Part shown: positions 33,871 through 49,984 of the stretch, in pieces
Position numbering within the stretch: the first letter of the stretch is position 1
Layout of the letters: each line of letters starts with the position of its first letter
Source of the DNA: the human T2T-CHM13v2.0 reference genome, Homo sapiens
DNA length: 64,000 bases
Assembly: GCF_009914755.1 (NCBI RefSeq)
Contig: NC_060941.1
Strand: one strand, 5' to 3'
Program-made: the position numbers and the translations under genes
The notes under the pieces: model-generated
Databases searched by the model: none
The model's input: the letters and a program-made list of their open reading frames with translations, nothing else
What the model was told of the DNA's origin: nothing

Positions 33871-34699
33871 TAGAGATGGGGTCTTCCTATATTGCCCAGT
33901 CTGGTTTTGAATTCCTGGGCCCAAGTGATTCTCCCTCCTTTGCCTCCCAAAGTATTTGGATTACAGGCATGGGGTATGATGCCCAGCCCAGTGGTTCAGC
34001 TTTTAAAATTGGTATTCGTCATCCCCATTCCCATGACACTCACAAGCCCCTTCCTTTCTTTAATCTTCCAATATAATTATAGGAACCTTTTTGATTAAAC
34101 CATTGTTCCATGTTTACATTATTATGATTATGTAAATATCCATAGTTGGGTCACATGGGTACAAGAATTATATTTTCTTTCTTGACAGCTTTTGTTTTTT
34201 CTGAAGTTAGTAGCTACTTTTCCCTTTTGTTTAGTTTTCTATTTATCTCCTAGCTAGAAATGAGAAATTACATGTCATAATCCTCAAACTCTCCTACAGA
34301 ACTAAAGATCTTTTCTCCATATATTCAATTCTGTCAGTATTCCATTGGCTTTGTTTCTTCTTGGAGATACCCCTCCTGGGGGTCTGTGTTCTCTTTCTTC
34401 AGTCTGGTGTGATGGTTCTCTAAGACCTGCTGTGCAGTTGTCCTGGGACTTGCCTTTATTGTTATGTTGGCAATTTCCTTTGTCTCTTCTAGATTTAGTG
34501 ACTCTCTTGATTTGGTGAACCCTATCTTCTGTTGTCATTTTGAGAAATAATACAAAGATGGGGAGAAAGTTGAGATCTTATCAGAAAATATATTTTGGTT
34601 TCTTATCTGTTGGTATGGTTTGAGTACAGGCTTCTAGATGAAATAGCACTTTATCTCCAAATGTTGAATACATTGCTCCATTATCTTCTAGGTTTAGAT

Positions 34700-35230
34700 T
34701 TGTACTGTTGAGTAGAAATATAATGTAAGCCACAAATGGGAGTTCATCTGTAATTTTAAATTTCCTAGTATCCACATTAAGATAAGTAAAAAGAAACAGA
34801 TGACATTAAGCATAATAAACTGGGCATGGTGGCTTGCACCTGTAATCCAGCTACTCGGGAGGCTGAGATGGGAGGATAACTTGAGGCCAGGAGTCTGTGA
34901 CCACACTGGGCAACATAGCAAGACCCGTAATACAATATAGTTATATTATGCATAATAAGCATAATTTATTATGCTGAAAATTAAGCATAATATATGTTAT
35001 TTAATTCAATATATCAAAAATATTTTCAACATGGTAGTATAAAAATATTGAGCTACTTATTTATGTATATATACATATTTACTATGTCTTTGAAAAATCA
35101 GTGGTTTTCTCATTTTATGTTAAGAAAAATCAGTGGTTTCTTTTGCAGCTTGCCTCAATGTGGACTAGCCACATTTGAAGTACTCAAAGGTCCCATGTGG
35201 TTGGTGGATACCATTTTGGACAGTGTAGGT
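34700..35230. mobile_element. MER3/MER33-like hAT remnant interrupted by an Alu fragment
   Basis: 'agaaatataatgtaagccaca...tgtaattttaaatttcctagt' and 'ggactagccacatttgaagtactc'. Confidence 0.6.
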
Positions 35231-37630
35231 TCAGAGTATTGCTGATGGCATCCTGATTTTGGTCTGTCATGACTGTTGTTTTCCACTGGAAGTTTCTTTA
35301 TTCGTCTGTCGCTTGTTATTTTCCTTTAAAAAAATTGTAGCCCCCCTAGTGTGTATGAAGTTGTACCTCGTCATGGTTTGGAAGTGCATTTCCCTCATGA
35401 CTAATGATGTTGAGCATCTTTGCATGTGCTCGTTATGTTTTATCTTACAGTTAATATTAATTGGCTACCAGAGGCTTCTCTCTTGCTTGTGTCTGAGGTC
35501 GTTTTGCAAAATCCTTGCCTTTAATTGGCTAAGTGTACAAACAAAAGTCTAATAATTAAATTTTAGCCCCAAATCCTGAGTATGTATATTATACTTTTGT
35601 CTATATGGTAACATTATATCACCCATAGAGGTTACCATCTACCCCTCTCAACAAAACATCCTGAAACTTGTTTATAAATCATGTATTTGTTAGTGAAGTC
35701 AAAGTTTTAATAGAAGCTGATAGAGCCCTCTGTTTAACTTTCAATTATAAAAGTCTTTACTTTTTCTTTTATGTGGCCATTATGTTATATTACATGAGGT
35801 TTCATTAAAGTGAGAGCATGTACTTCTCTGTGTATAAGAAAAGGTAATATTTCTGATTAATTTCTGGCCCAGGAATATTTGGACAGAATGTTTGTGACAT
35901 GTACACTTAAGTAATACAATATATTTCATAATTTTGAGTAATTCAGAGTTAGGCTGTCTTCCAGAAGGTCCATAATTAGCAATTTCTCATTACGGTTTAA
36001 TGTAGAGCTTCCCAACCTTTTCATATCATGGTACACATAAAAAATATTATGGCACACTGGACTAAACAGGTGAAGTTGCTTAAGCCAGTGGTGCATTGCC
36101 CTGAGGACTGAGGTAATCAATATATGTATTTCAGCATACCTGTAAACCAGGCTTACTAGTTGGACAACTGGTTTAATGGACTTTTAAAAAAATGTTTGGT
36201 TTGGGTAATTCAGCTACTTAATACTGGATTCTGGCTCTGGAATTACATGCCAGTAGATATATACCAAGATGGATCGGGTACGTGTATTTGGAAATTGGTA
36301 CATGCGTACTGAACAATATTTCAGTTCATATCTTTTCATTTGCAAGCAACAGAGACCAAGTTCAAATCGGCTTAATTTTTAAAAAGGGAATGTACTGATT
36401 TGCATAATGAAAAGCTTAGGGGTGGCCATTTTTTAGGCACAGCTGGATCCCGGGGCTCAAGTGTACCTTCCATGTTCCTTATTTGAAAGCTTTAGTCGTT
36501 ACTTAAGTGGTTTAGTCTTTTCTCTATACTAGGTGAATTTTTCTGATATTGCTAATTTATTGAATTAGCAATACTTTAGACTAAAACTTTGACCTCTTAA
36601 TGTCATTGAAATAGAGCTAGGATTCTGCTGACATGATTATGTTATTATATTATCTTTTTGCATGGGTTGATGCCATGTTAACAATTGGCTGTGGTAGAGC
36701 CTTTACGTACTTGCAGGTATATCCACAGACAAGTACAGTAATGCTTTTCCCTGCACTGCTTGTCTGCAGGAGGTGAAGTGAAATCTGCAAGAGTCCTGCT
36801 CGCTCAAGGCCTGCATACAGGAAAGAAGCAGGGGAAAAGCGTTACAAACAGCTTTTGTTCTACAGCATTTTAAAATATAACAGGTCAGATTTTTGGTCTG
36901 TCAGCCTTGACACTATCCGTTGAAAAGTAGGTCATGTCATTGAAATGTATTTAAAATGTGACTGTGGTAAAATTTTTTTTTTTTTTTTTTGAGACGGAGT
37001 CTTGCTCTGTCTCCCAGGCTGGAGTACAGTGGCGTGATCTCGGTTCACTGCAAGCTCCGCCTCTCGGGTTCACGCCATTCTCCTGCCTCAGCCTTCTGAG
37101 TAGCTGAGACAACAGGTGCCCGCCTCCATGCCCGGCTAATTTTTTTTTTTTTTTTTTTTTTTTAGTAGAGACGGGATTTCACCGTGTTAGCCAGGATGGT
37201 CTTGATCTCGTGACCTTGTGATCCGCCCGCCTCAGCCTCCCAAAGTGCTGGGATTACAGGCGTGAGCCATTGTGCCCGGCCGTGATAAAAGTTTTGAAGA
37301 TTCTTTTTCTTGGAAAGAAGTTATTTAATAAACTCCCTTAGTGTTATTAGACACTAGCTACTAAAATAGCCTTTTTACTAACTAGAATTATAGCCCAGCT
37401 TGAGAGTGGCAGATGTGATAAAAATATACTAAAATTGTTTTTAAAAATTTTACTTTCAAGATTTTTAAAAAATTTATATTCAATCCTGTGGATTAAGTCA
37501 TGTATTTTGCATAATCTAGCCAGGCTCTGAAGCAAATTTTAACTTTAGGGTATAAAAAGAACAAAAGAAAAATTTTACGCCCACTGCCTTATAACTACCA
37601 ACATACTCATGTAGCCGTTTTCATTTTTAG

Positions 37631-37763
37631 GTATATTGAAAAGTCTGATTCAGTTACAATCAGTGTATGGAATCACAAGAAGATCCATAAGAAACAAGGT
37701 GCTGGATTTCTCCGTTGTGTTCATCTTTTTCCAGTGCCATCAACCACCTCAAAGACACTGGTT
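37631..37763 (+). pseudogene. SMURF2-derived exon 4, YIEKSDSVTISVWNHKKIHKKQGAGFLRCVHL then a 1-nt deletion near 37725-37730
   Basis: tttttag|G acceptor, GTT|gtgagt donor; the downstream SMURF2-like peptide SSAINHLKDTG lies in a shifted frame. Confidence 0.93.
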
Positions 37764-37792
37764 GTGAGTAGATACTACTGCTTTTCAAATTT

Positions 37793-37833
<41 letters not shown>

Positions 37834-40097
37834 GTGCATATACATATGTGTGTGTGTATATGTATGTGTGCATATACATATATACATGTAGTATATATGT
37901 ATTCTCAAATATATATGAAGGATATATATATTTGAGTATGTTGGTAGGGGTTCAAACATAACTTCTTGTGTATGTCTGAAACATTGGTAAAAATTCCTGG
38001 TCTAAATTTATTTTGTAGACTTAAAAAAAATGAAACGTTTTAAATATGTGAAACTTACAGCTAAATGAGAGCTGATGCTTCATTTCCAGTTAATTTAAAA
38101 GTATTAAGAAATGATTGATATCTAGAATGGCAAAAAAAAAAGGTGTCAGGATTTACATACCTTTTAAAATTTCTTAGTACCCTTTTCTGGTTGTGGTGGA
38201 TTTGTGGACAACATGTTTTTATTTAGGTGATTGGGGTCTTTAAGGTGGCAGTTAAAGAGCAATTACGAAGGGATAAGAATGGTATAATATATAAAACTGC
38301 TGTGACAAAATTAAAAGTTAAAGAAAGATTAAACATTATTTTGAGTGTATGACGGCTCTATGAACTACTTAACTGTAGCTCAGTTTATCACCAACCTGGG
38401 CGTTTAGAAGATTAGACCAAGATCAAGACATTAGAAGTGGTTTTCATAATGGATTTATAAGGTGACTTAGCATAACCAGGTGACGGTCTTTTGGGTGGGT
38501 CTTTCCATTGGAACATAAATGGGAATTCCTTTTTCAACAGGTTTTCTGTGTGTGTGTTTGTTTCTATAGAATTCTTGTGTATATAATGTAAAAAATACTG
38601 TTAGTCTTTGTAATGGGATTTTAGCCCAGATGCATATGCTAAACAAACTCACATAAGAGCTAAAGAAATTAATAAACAGAAAAGGAGTAAATTTAGCATT
38701 GAATGTTAAATATATTAAGAGATTGTCTCTTTTAATGTAGTATGATACCACAGCATAGGTATATATTGACCTTGTGAAAAAGAAAAAGGCAGAAAACTGA
38801 GCTAGAAGTTCTTAGTCCAAGGTATTTAAAGGCATCTGAGAAGTTCTTGTATTTCTGGGCTGACGGGGTAACCAACAGGAGAGAAAGGACAGTGGGATTG
38901 GAAAAAACAAGTTGCACATAAAAATGAACTGTTTTCTTACTCAGCAAACTGAAAAATTATAGGTCAAACGTCTGACATTATCCCTAGTTCAATTTAGCCA
39001 ATGTTTATTGAAGACTTAATGTGCTACTGTTCTAAACCCTGGCTGTATAAAGGAGAAAGAGGCATGAACCCTGTCCTCTGAGAAGGAAGGGCAAAGGCCT
39101 GCTGGCAAAGGGAGCATGCCGCATGGGAAGGACTGAATAGGAGAGGAGTTGCTCTGCAGAATCCACTGTGTAGCCAACTTAGCAGCACCCATTTATTTTG
39201 CAAAGAGAAAAGTGTCTGTATTTTTGGTTGGATAACCAGGGACTGTAGTTTAGGGGCATGGATTTTTCTTTGTGTTTCTTGTGACTGTTTCATTGTATTA
39301 ATTTATTTGACTTTTTTCATGTGCAGTAATATTGAATTTATCAAATATTTATTGAGCACCTACCTGATGCAATGTTCTACTGGGTTGGAGTGGAAAATAC
39401 AAAGACTACGATATGGTCTCCTCCTTTTATCAATTCACAAATAAGTAGACAGATGGCATACGGTTGTAAAATTATTCAGCTGTAAGTACTGTAATCAAAG
39501 TAAAACCAGCATGCTTTGGGTGACATTGTTCCTTACTGTAACTTTCAGGGTCAGGCCAGTGTTATATCTCTTTTACAGATGAGGCATCTGAGAGAATAAA
39601 TGAGTTGCTCCTGAATGAATTAGTGGCAGAACTGATGCAAACCCAGATTCTACAGTTTATTCTTGGCTTCTTATTAATACTTTTTTGTGTGCATGTCATT
39701 TGAAATGGTTAGTTAAAAAATAATAATGACAGCTAACATTTGTTGACCATTCATGTGCCAGGCACTATGCTGTGAGTTTTGCATAATTATCTGATTTAAT
39801 CCTTAAAAAATATGAGGATTCACATATTGCCATATATGAGAAAACCAAGGCTCACGGATAAATTCCTTAAGACCAACAACTATTAAGACAGACTAAAGTG
39901 GTCTAAAAGTTTTGGAGAGAAAGTGACTGCATGTTGGCAATGAAGTACACCAGTGTTTCGTAGTTTTTGAAATCTGAATTCTTTAAATGATAGGTTTGAT
40001 TTCTAATGGATTGTGGAAATTTATTGTCACTCTATAGACATGAGAATCTCTGATACCAGCTAATGTTTTCATTTCTTTCTTTGTTGATTTCAAATAG

Positions 40098-40151
40098 ATC
40101 AGAGGTTGGATTTATGCAAACCTGGGCCAAAGGACAGTTAGAAGACGGTAA
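40098..40151 (+). pseudogene. SMURF2-derived exon 5 (QRLDLCK-like start) with internal deletions and tandem donors gtaagtaagt
   Basis: aaatag|ATCAGAGGTTGGATTTATGCAAA; shorter than the parent exon encoding YQRLDLCKLGPNDNDTVRGQIV. Confidence 0.9.
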
Positions 40152-40610
40152 GTAAGTGTGAATTTAAAGTTACATGAATTTTGGTTTCATTCAAACTGAC
40201 CTAAAGTCTAAATACCATTTAAATCAAAGTATGTTAACTGTAGCTTCATAGTGTTGGCCTGAATTAAATGAATCAGGTAAAATGTTACAGTGAATCCAGG
40301 ATCCAGGTTAACTTAATTTTTAAAACTTTAATGTAAAAAAAAAGTGTCATGAAGAACTGTTGATCCTTTAGGAAATAATTTTTTCAAAGTATCCTAACAT
40401 AGTAGAGCACTGAGTTCAGACTTTATAGATGTTATTAAAGTTTACTGAAAATAATTCTCAAACTAGTTTTTTTAGTAAGAAGACAACATTCTATTGAACT
40501 TGTTTTAATGTTTAATGCTTTACAGCTTTAAAATCTATGCCAATTGAAAAAAACAGAATGAGCAATGTTAGTGTAACACTGGAAAAAGGGAGAAATTGTT
40601 ACCTTACTCA

Positions 40611-41156
<546 letters not shown>

Positions 41157-41308
41157 CTATTTTGTTATGAACCCATCATAGAGGTTTTAATTACCGAAGG
41201 TACTTGAAGGACTTCATTTCACAAGGCAGTGAATTGGGTTCATGGAGAACTACCAGGGTAGCCACATAGCAAAGCCCTACTCTGGTTATCTTAGGGAAGT
41301 ATCTACAC

Positions 41309-41796
41309 CAGCACTCCCCGACCTTTTTGGCACCAGGCACCGGTTTCACGGAAGACAGTTTTTCCATAGACCAGGCTGGGGTGGAGTTGGTTTCAGGATG
41401 ATTCAAATGCATTACATTTATTGTGCACTTTATTATTATTACATTGTAATATATAATGAACTAATTATACAACTCACCATAAGGTAGAATCAGTGGGAGC
41501 CCTGAGCTTGTTTTCCTGCAACTAGATGGTCCCATCTGTGGGTGATGGGAGACAGTGACAGATCATCAGGCATTAGATTCTCATAAGGAGCAGGCAACCT
41601 AGATCCCTTGTGTGTGTGGTTCACAGTAGGGTTTGTGCTCCTATGAGAATCTAATGTCACCACTGATCTGACAGGAGGCGGAGCTCAGGCGGTAATGCTT
41701 ACTCACCCACTACTCACTCCTGCTGTGCGGCCTGGTTCCTAACAGACCCTGGACCAATACCCCATCCATCCATGGCCTGGGAGTTGGGGATCCCTT
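41309..41796. mobile_element. MER1A (hAT-Charlie) DNA transposon
   Basis: Degenerate TIRs and a perfect 8-bp TSD atctacac at 41301-41308 and 41797-41804. Confidence 0.88.
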
Positions 41797-42167
41797 ATCT
41801 ACACTACAGCATTACTGATAATTCCTGTCATCCTTAGATTGAGAAGGAAGCAAAAACAAAAAAAATCTCAAAAATCAATTCAGTCATAACAGTACTTTCA
41901 CATATAAGTGTTCCTTCTGTATTTGATTTATTATGTTACATAATGCTTGCCAACTACTGTCTAGTAGTAACAAAATAGTTTTACTAGATGTGAATTTGCA
42001 TTTATATAAATAGCAGACTTTGTTAGACATTAGAAATATACCTACTGGAGGTCAGGTACGGTGGCTGACACCTGTAATCCCAGCACTTTGGGAGGCCAAA
42101 GTGGGTAGATCACCTGAGGTCGGGAGTTCAAGACCAGCTTGACCAACATGGAGAAACCCCATCTCTA

Positions 42168-42329
<162 letters not shown>

Positions 42330-42804
42330 TCAGAAAAAAAAAAGAAAAAAAAGAAAAAAGAAATATACCTACTGGAGTATACTACATAGAAAACAAATGT
42401 TTTACTCTTAAATATGTGTATATGTGTATATATATGTATTTATTTAAAGCTCTTGTGTGAATCTGCTGTTCATAATAGGACCATTAATAAGAGAGAGGGA
42501 GGCTGGACTCAAACATTATGATTCTTTAGTTCTGTCATTCAAAAACAGAATGAGTTCCAGTTCTTTCAGAATTAGCCCTCTAACAAATAATTGTAAGTAG
42601 GTATATATACTTTTTGGAAAATGGAGAAAAGAACACTAGAGGACTAACTTTAAAAACTATATTCCCCTCTAGTGTCTTTATATACATAAATATGTATATA
42701 AAATGTATATATTTATGTCTTTAATTCCAGTGAAGATTAAATTTCTACTTTGCTTTCTTTCACTTACCATAATCGTTTTTAGTATTTATAATCTTTGTAA
42801 TTAA

Positions 42805-42867
<63 letters not shown>

Positions 42868-42868
42868 A

Positions 42869-43090
<222 letters not shown>

Positions 43091-44419
43091 TGATTTGCCC
43101 ACCTCAGCCTCCCAAAGTGCTGGGATTACAGGTGTAAGCCACCATGTCCAGCCATATTTAATGATTTTTAAAGGATGAAGTATATAGATATATCACAACT
43201 TAATAATTAAAAATTTTTTTTGCTATTATAACATTGAAACTTGCAAACATTTTTGTACACTTTGCTTTTTTCTTTTTTAGAATCATTGCTGTATGAAAAA
43301 AAAATCTCCCAAGTTGAGATAATTGATTCAAGGAGTACAAACTTTTTTCCTTGTTTAAAACTGTGATGTCCCAGCTACATTGGGAGGCTGAGGTGGGAGG
43401 ATCATTTGAGCACGGGAAATCTACTGTATTGGCATCGTTATCACTTGGATGTGTACTTTTTCTATGTATTTTTTTAAAAAATGAGATTATACTGAATTTT
43501 TAAAAACTGGTTTAAATTTATCATAAACATCTTTGTTTTTTTGGCCCATAAATACATTTCTATAGCATTGTTCCTTTTTTTTTCCTACTTTGCATTAAGG
43601 CTTGCAAAATCTATAGCATTTTTAATGTTGTGTGGTAGTCCATGGTGGGTATGTAATTCATTTAACCAGTTAATAGCTCTGCTATTAACACAGCATTCTG
43701 GAGATGTAAATTGAAGCCCATGAAATTCTTTAGTTTTGAATCTTACTATTATTCTAAACAAAGCTAACGAGAAAATACATTGTTTCTACTGTGATTGTAT
43801 TTTGATAAGCATTTCACTTATTTTATCTATTTAAAAACTGATGGATATAGTTGTCTAGCACAGTTTTCATAATAATGTTTTGTTTACATTTGCTGAGTAG
43901 GTGTTTGTAGTGTTCTGTCCTCTAAATGGGACTTAATGTAAAGGAGCTCTATGTTGAACTGATCTTTCAAAATGTTCACAGAACTGGAAGATTTCAGAAT
44001 TTTGAGACCCTTCTTTGAATGAAGGGTCATTAGATGTAATAATACTTTTTGTGCTAACCTATTATTTAAGAAGTTGGATTATAGTCAAGTTTGACTGTAC
44101 TTCTTTCTGTCTTTTGGGAGAGTTACTAGAATTAGAATTAAACAATACTGGAGCAGCAAAGAAGGACTTCAGTGATATCAATTAAGCTAACTTTCTCATT
44201 ATTCAGATGGGGATTATCTAAACCTTGCTTATTAAGTGTTTTGTTCAAGTTTACAGTGCTAAACTGGTTACTAGAGCTTGCTCTAGAATTCACATCTCTT
44301 GCTTCTTCATTTTTTGTGGTGGTTTTATATACTACACTGGATAATGGTGTCCTGTTAAAACTCATGGAATCCAAGGATTGCTCTCTTGCTGGAATACCAG
44401 GATGGCCCTCTTGCTCTAG

Positions 44420-44605
<186 letters not shown>

Positions 44606-45108
44606 TAGCAGAGATGGGGTTTCACCATGTTGGCCAGGATGGTCTCGATCTCCTGACCTTGTTATCCACCCACCTTGGCCTCCCAAAGTGCTGGGATTAC
44701 AGGCGTGAGCCACCATGCCCGGCCCAGTGTATTTTTTAGATGGTGAGATTATCAAGTATTAAACTTAATGTGGACTTTTCAAACTCCTTTGTACATGAAT
44801 ATATTCTTAATATGTTATGCCTCTTCTTAAGTACAGTAGTGACTCTGCTATGCCCTGTTACTATGGTAAAGAAGGAATTAGGCTTCTTCCATGAACATGA
44901 TGAAGTGTAGAAAACTTTAGAATTCTAATACTACTCCTAAAGGGAAAAATCTATGGGAAAAGAAATTATAAATTTTAGTAGAAACCAAAGAGGTCATTCT
45001 AAAGTATTAAAATAAGCTAAGCCAGATGTCTTCTAAAGATAGAAATTTTTGATTATAATAATTCTTTCTAGTTGTATGAATCTTAGTAATATTTCTATCA
45101 TTTAATAG

Positions 45109-45193
45109 TAAGTCTTCAGTCCAGAGACCAAATTGGTACAGGAAGACAAGTTATGGACTGCAGTCATTTATTTGATAATGATTTACCAGACAA
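45109..45193 (+). pseudogene. SMURF2-derived exon 6, SLQSRDQIGTGRQVMDCSHLFDNDLPD
   Basis: tttaatag|TA acceptor, CAA|gtaagg donor, 85 nt; parent peptide SLQSRDRIGTGGQVVDCSRLFDNDLPD. Confidence 0.93.
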
Positions 45194-46356
45194 GTAAGGT
45201 AACATCACTGAAATCATTAGAGAATTATATAGATAATATCCTTAAATGGCTAGAAATAAATTGGTGTTTATTGTGTATTAAATGGTGTTTACTGTATATT
45301 GAATGTAGGTATTCCTTCTAATGGTAAAATTGATGGAAGATCCTGTCACAACAAATTTATAAAATAAGCCATAAATTAGGTGTGTTAAATTTGGTTATTA
45401 AGAGTTTTGACTAGGAGACAAATGAAATTTCTTGACAAATATAACTCTCTTGTAAATATTATCTAGTTAAAAAAAAGTTGGTGGATTATTCAAAACAGGC
45501 CATGCAAGTGCTAAATTAGAAACATTGCTGTATTTAAGAGGGATGTGATGGATAATTTGTGTAATAGTAATTAACATAACAGTAACATTTAATTGAGCAT
45601 GTATATGTCAGATAATGTTATAAACACTTTACGTACATATCATTTAATTCTCATAGCATATTGGAAGGCAGTATATAGCCATGCTACTGAAATCAGACCA
45701 CCTGAATTCTAAGCTTTACTCTTCTGTGTACTGGCTTTATGACCTTGATTTATTTAACTTCCATGGGCTTTGGTTTATATTTATTTACAAAACAGTATGA
45801 GTGATAATAGTACATACTCCATAAACTGTTGAGAGGATTAAATGAAATAATTCAGGTAAAGCACTTTAGTACAGTGTCTTTCATAAAATAAGTGCTTCAT
45901 AAATAATTAGCTACTATTATTTCTATCGCTACTACTATTGTTACCCTCAAAAACTAAGAGTTACAGAAGTTAAGTAATTTGCCTAAGGCCACATAGTAAG
46001 TGGCAGAGCCAAAACACACAAACCTGTCTTGATTCTAAAGTCATGATTTTTATCATTGGTCTCTTTGATACTAGTTCTGACTCTTTTCTGATTTTATTTT
46101 TAACATTCAAAGTATTTTTAATTAATATCAATGAGATATAACTTACATGTAATAAATTGCATCCATTTAAGTGTATAAATGGTTAAATTTTAACTCCAAT
46201 TATTTTTTATACAAAATTTTATACCCAGGTTATTATGATATTTACTCATTTTGTTTAAACTGTTAAAAATCACTATAATTGTTTTTAGATCACTTTAGCT
46301 TCCAGATATGTCTGTTAGCTCTTTTACAGATGTGAGGTAGATTATGGTATTTTTGA

Positions 46357-46689
<333 letters not shown>

Positions 46690-47058
46690 CTAATCAATAT
46701 TGAGAGAGTACCAGGAGTAATAAGACTTATTGTTCTAAACTTGCCATACATTACTGTACTGTAATTGTAATCATGGGGAAAAAAACCCTAGCAACTCTTT
46801 ATTTTCCTTTTTTTTTAGAGCCCTTCAACCTCTGCCAATATCTTTGTAAAAATATTAAGATTATTACATTTCTATAGTGATTTGCCTCTTTTGCATTAAA
46901 TGAATTATGATACAGAGTTGATAGAAAGTAGCGGCCTTGCCCGGGCATGGTGGCTCAGGCCTGTAATCCCAGCACTTTGGGAGGCTGAGGCGGGAGGATC
47001 ACGAGGTTAAGAGATCAAGACCATCCTGGCCAACATGGTGAAACCCAGTCTCTAGTTA

Positions 47059-47635
<577 letters not shown>

Positions 47636-49563
47636 TGAAACGGGAAATACGAGGACACATCAGGTGGCAAAAATACTAGATTTACAAGAGGAAAGAGGTG
47701 CATTGTTCAAAATGGAGATTGCATTGTTGCAGTTTGCAGGCCACACTCGCTCACTGTCTCTCCCCCACCAACCAACCCCTTTTTCCTCTTCAAAAAATTT
47801 GTGCCAGTGCAGTGTCTGCACCGGGCAGGATTGAAACTTTGGCAAACATATCCATTGCATTCATTTTTCTCCCCTTGTTTTGGTGTGGTTTTCTGGAATG
47901 AAAGAAGCCTCTTGTTTTGCAAACCTCTTTGCATTTCTAATGAGGTTTCTTTCGGATTTTTATTGTATATCTGTTCCTTAAAAGAGAATTAAGGATTTGG
48001 ATGGATTGTGGCACACAGACACACGGAAAAACTTGCCTGTTTTCACACCCCTGGCTGTGGTTTTTAAATTGTGTTAAGGAAACGGATCATTTGGGTTAGT
48101 AGGGGAACCTTACCTGGTCCTGTGTGTTTGTTTTTATTCTTCTAGTGCTGATGGGCCCGTGCAACAGTTGCTGGTAAATGGCTGATTAAAAAGCACAGAA
48201 AGCCGAACAAGACCCAACCAAATTTGGTAATTCATCCGATTCAAAATTGTTTTGGTTAAATCAAAAATACAAGTACACGACCGCAGGAAAGTGCGTCTTA
48301 ACTCATTTGATCACTTTGTCTTGCTTGGGAAATGCAGTTTCGTGTCACCTGTTGCAGAAGATGTGTAGTTGATCATCTAGACATAATTGCCGAAGATGAA
48401 CTTTTGGACAACTTCTGAGTCACACAGCATCAGTATCAGATTTCTTACACAATGACTTTCACTTTTCTCTCTATTTCTGAGGAAAAAGCCCTCCCGAAAT
48501 CCGTAATGAATTTCTCCATGGTAACCCCTCTTCTGTTTTCACACAGAAAAGTTTCTCTAGGCTGGTGCTGAGATGCATTTTGTTAAACACAATCACCACC
48601 CCACCACGCGCCCCCCACCCCCCGCGCTCCCCAAGGCTGCTTTGTATTAAATACGTAGTTGCAATTTCCTAAATCGTGAAATTAAGCGAAGCAACAACCG
48701 GCAAGGCTTTTTCTTCATAGTTTTGCAAATCTATATTAATTAAATTAGAATCTGGTTTTAAAAGCATTTAAAAAACAAAGTTTATAAGGAAATCTTTGTG
48801 AGGAAAAAGGACCCTTTTTTCCTTGAAGTTAGGCATGTCATGTCTTTTTCAGAGAGACTAGGGTAGTAGAAGTGGTTAAATTGAAAAGTTTCTGTTTTTT
48901 AAATAAATGCTTAAATACTTATTGGAGAAGTAGGGTAGTATTATATTAAGCCAAATGTAAACCCATGTAGGTTGTCCTAACATAAACTGAAAAGAGGTAA
49001 TTTCTTGTGCCCAGTGGTCAGAATCGTTGCCAGACTTGTCCGGGGGAGGCTGGCTGGAGAATGAAGGGAATGAATGAAGTGTCAGGTATTTATGTCTTAT
49101 ATGTAGAAAGGACTGCATGTAAATTCTTGGCAACTTAATTTTAGTCCTATTTTTGTTTTTTTTGAGACGGAGCCTTGCTGTCGCCTAGGTTGGCGTGCAA
49201 TGGTGGGATCTTGGCTCACTGCAACCTCCACCTCCTGGGCTCAAGCGATTCTCCTGCCTCAGCCTCCTGAGCAACTGGGAGTACAGGTGCCCACCAGTAC
49301 GCCTGGCTAATTTTTGTATTTTTAGTAGAGATGGGGTTTCACTGTGTTGGCCAGTCTGGTCTTGAACTCCTGACCTCAAGTGATCTGCCCGCCTCGGCCT
49401 CCCAAAGTGCTGGGATTACAGGCATGAGCCACTACGCCCGGCCCTTAGATGTGTCTTGTGCTTTGCATGCAAGTGTGTGTTAGTAATGGACTTCTTTTAT
49501 AAAATAATTTTATTAATACTAGAAAAGCGTATATATATATATGTGTATATATATATATCTATA

Positions 49564-49628
<65 letters not shown>

Positions 49629-49984
49629 TTTTGGACAGCCTCTCCTCTCAGGCTGGAGCGCAGTGGCACGATTCCAACTCATGGCAACCTCCACCTCCTG
49701 GGTCAAGTGATTCTCCTGCTTCAGCCTCCTGAGTAGCTGGGATTACGGGCACCTGCCACCACACCCAGCTAATTTCTGTATTTTTACAAAAATTTGGACT
49801 CTGCTTAGATTGGCTTAGTTTTCTCTTTAGTCAAATCTTCAGGAACCAATTTATTACCATTAAAAATGATCTAACAAGCTTTATTTTTATTATTGTTAAA
49901 AATCCTCATTTTGAGGAACACAACCACAAAGTAAAGAATGTTTTCATTGATTTAACCAGTAAAAATCAATATTTAATTATAAAA

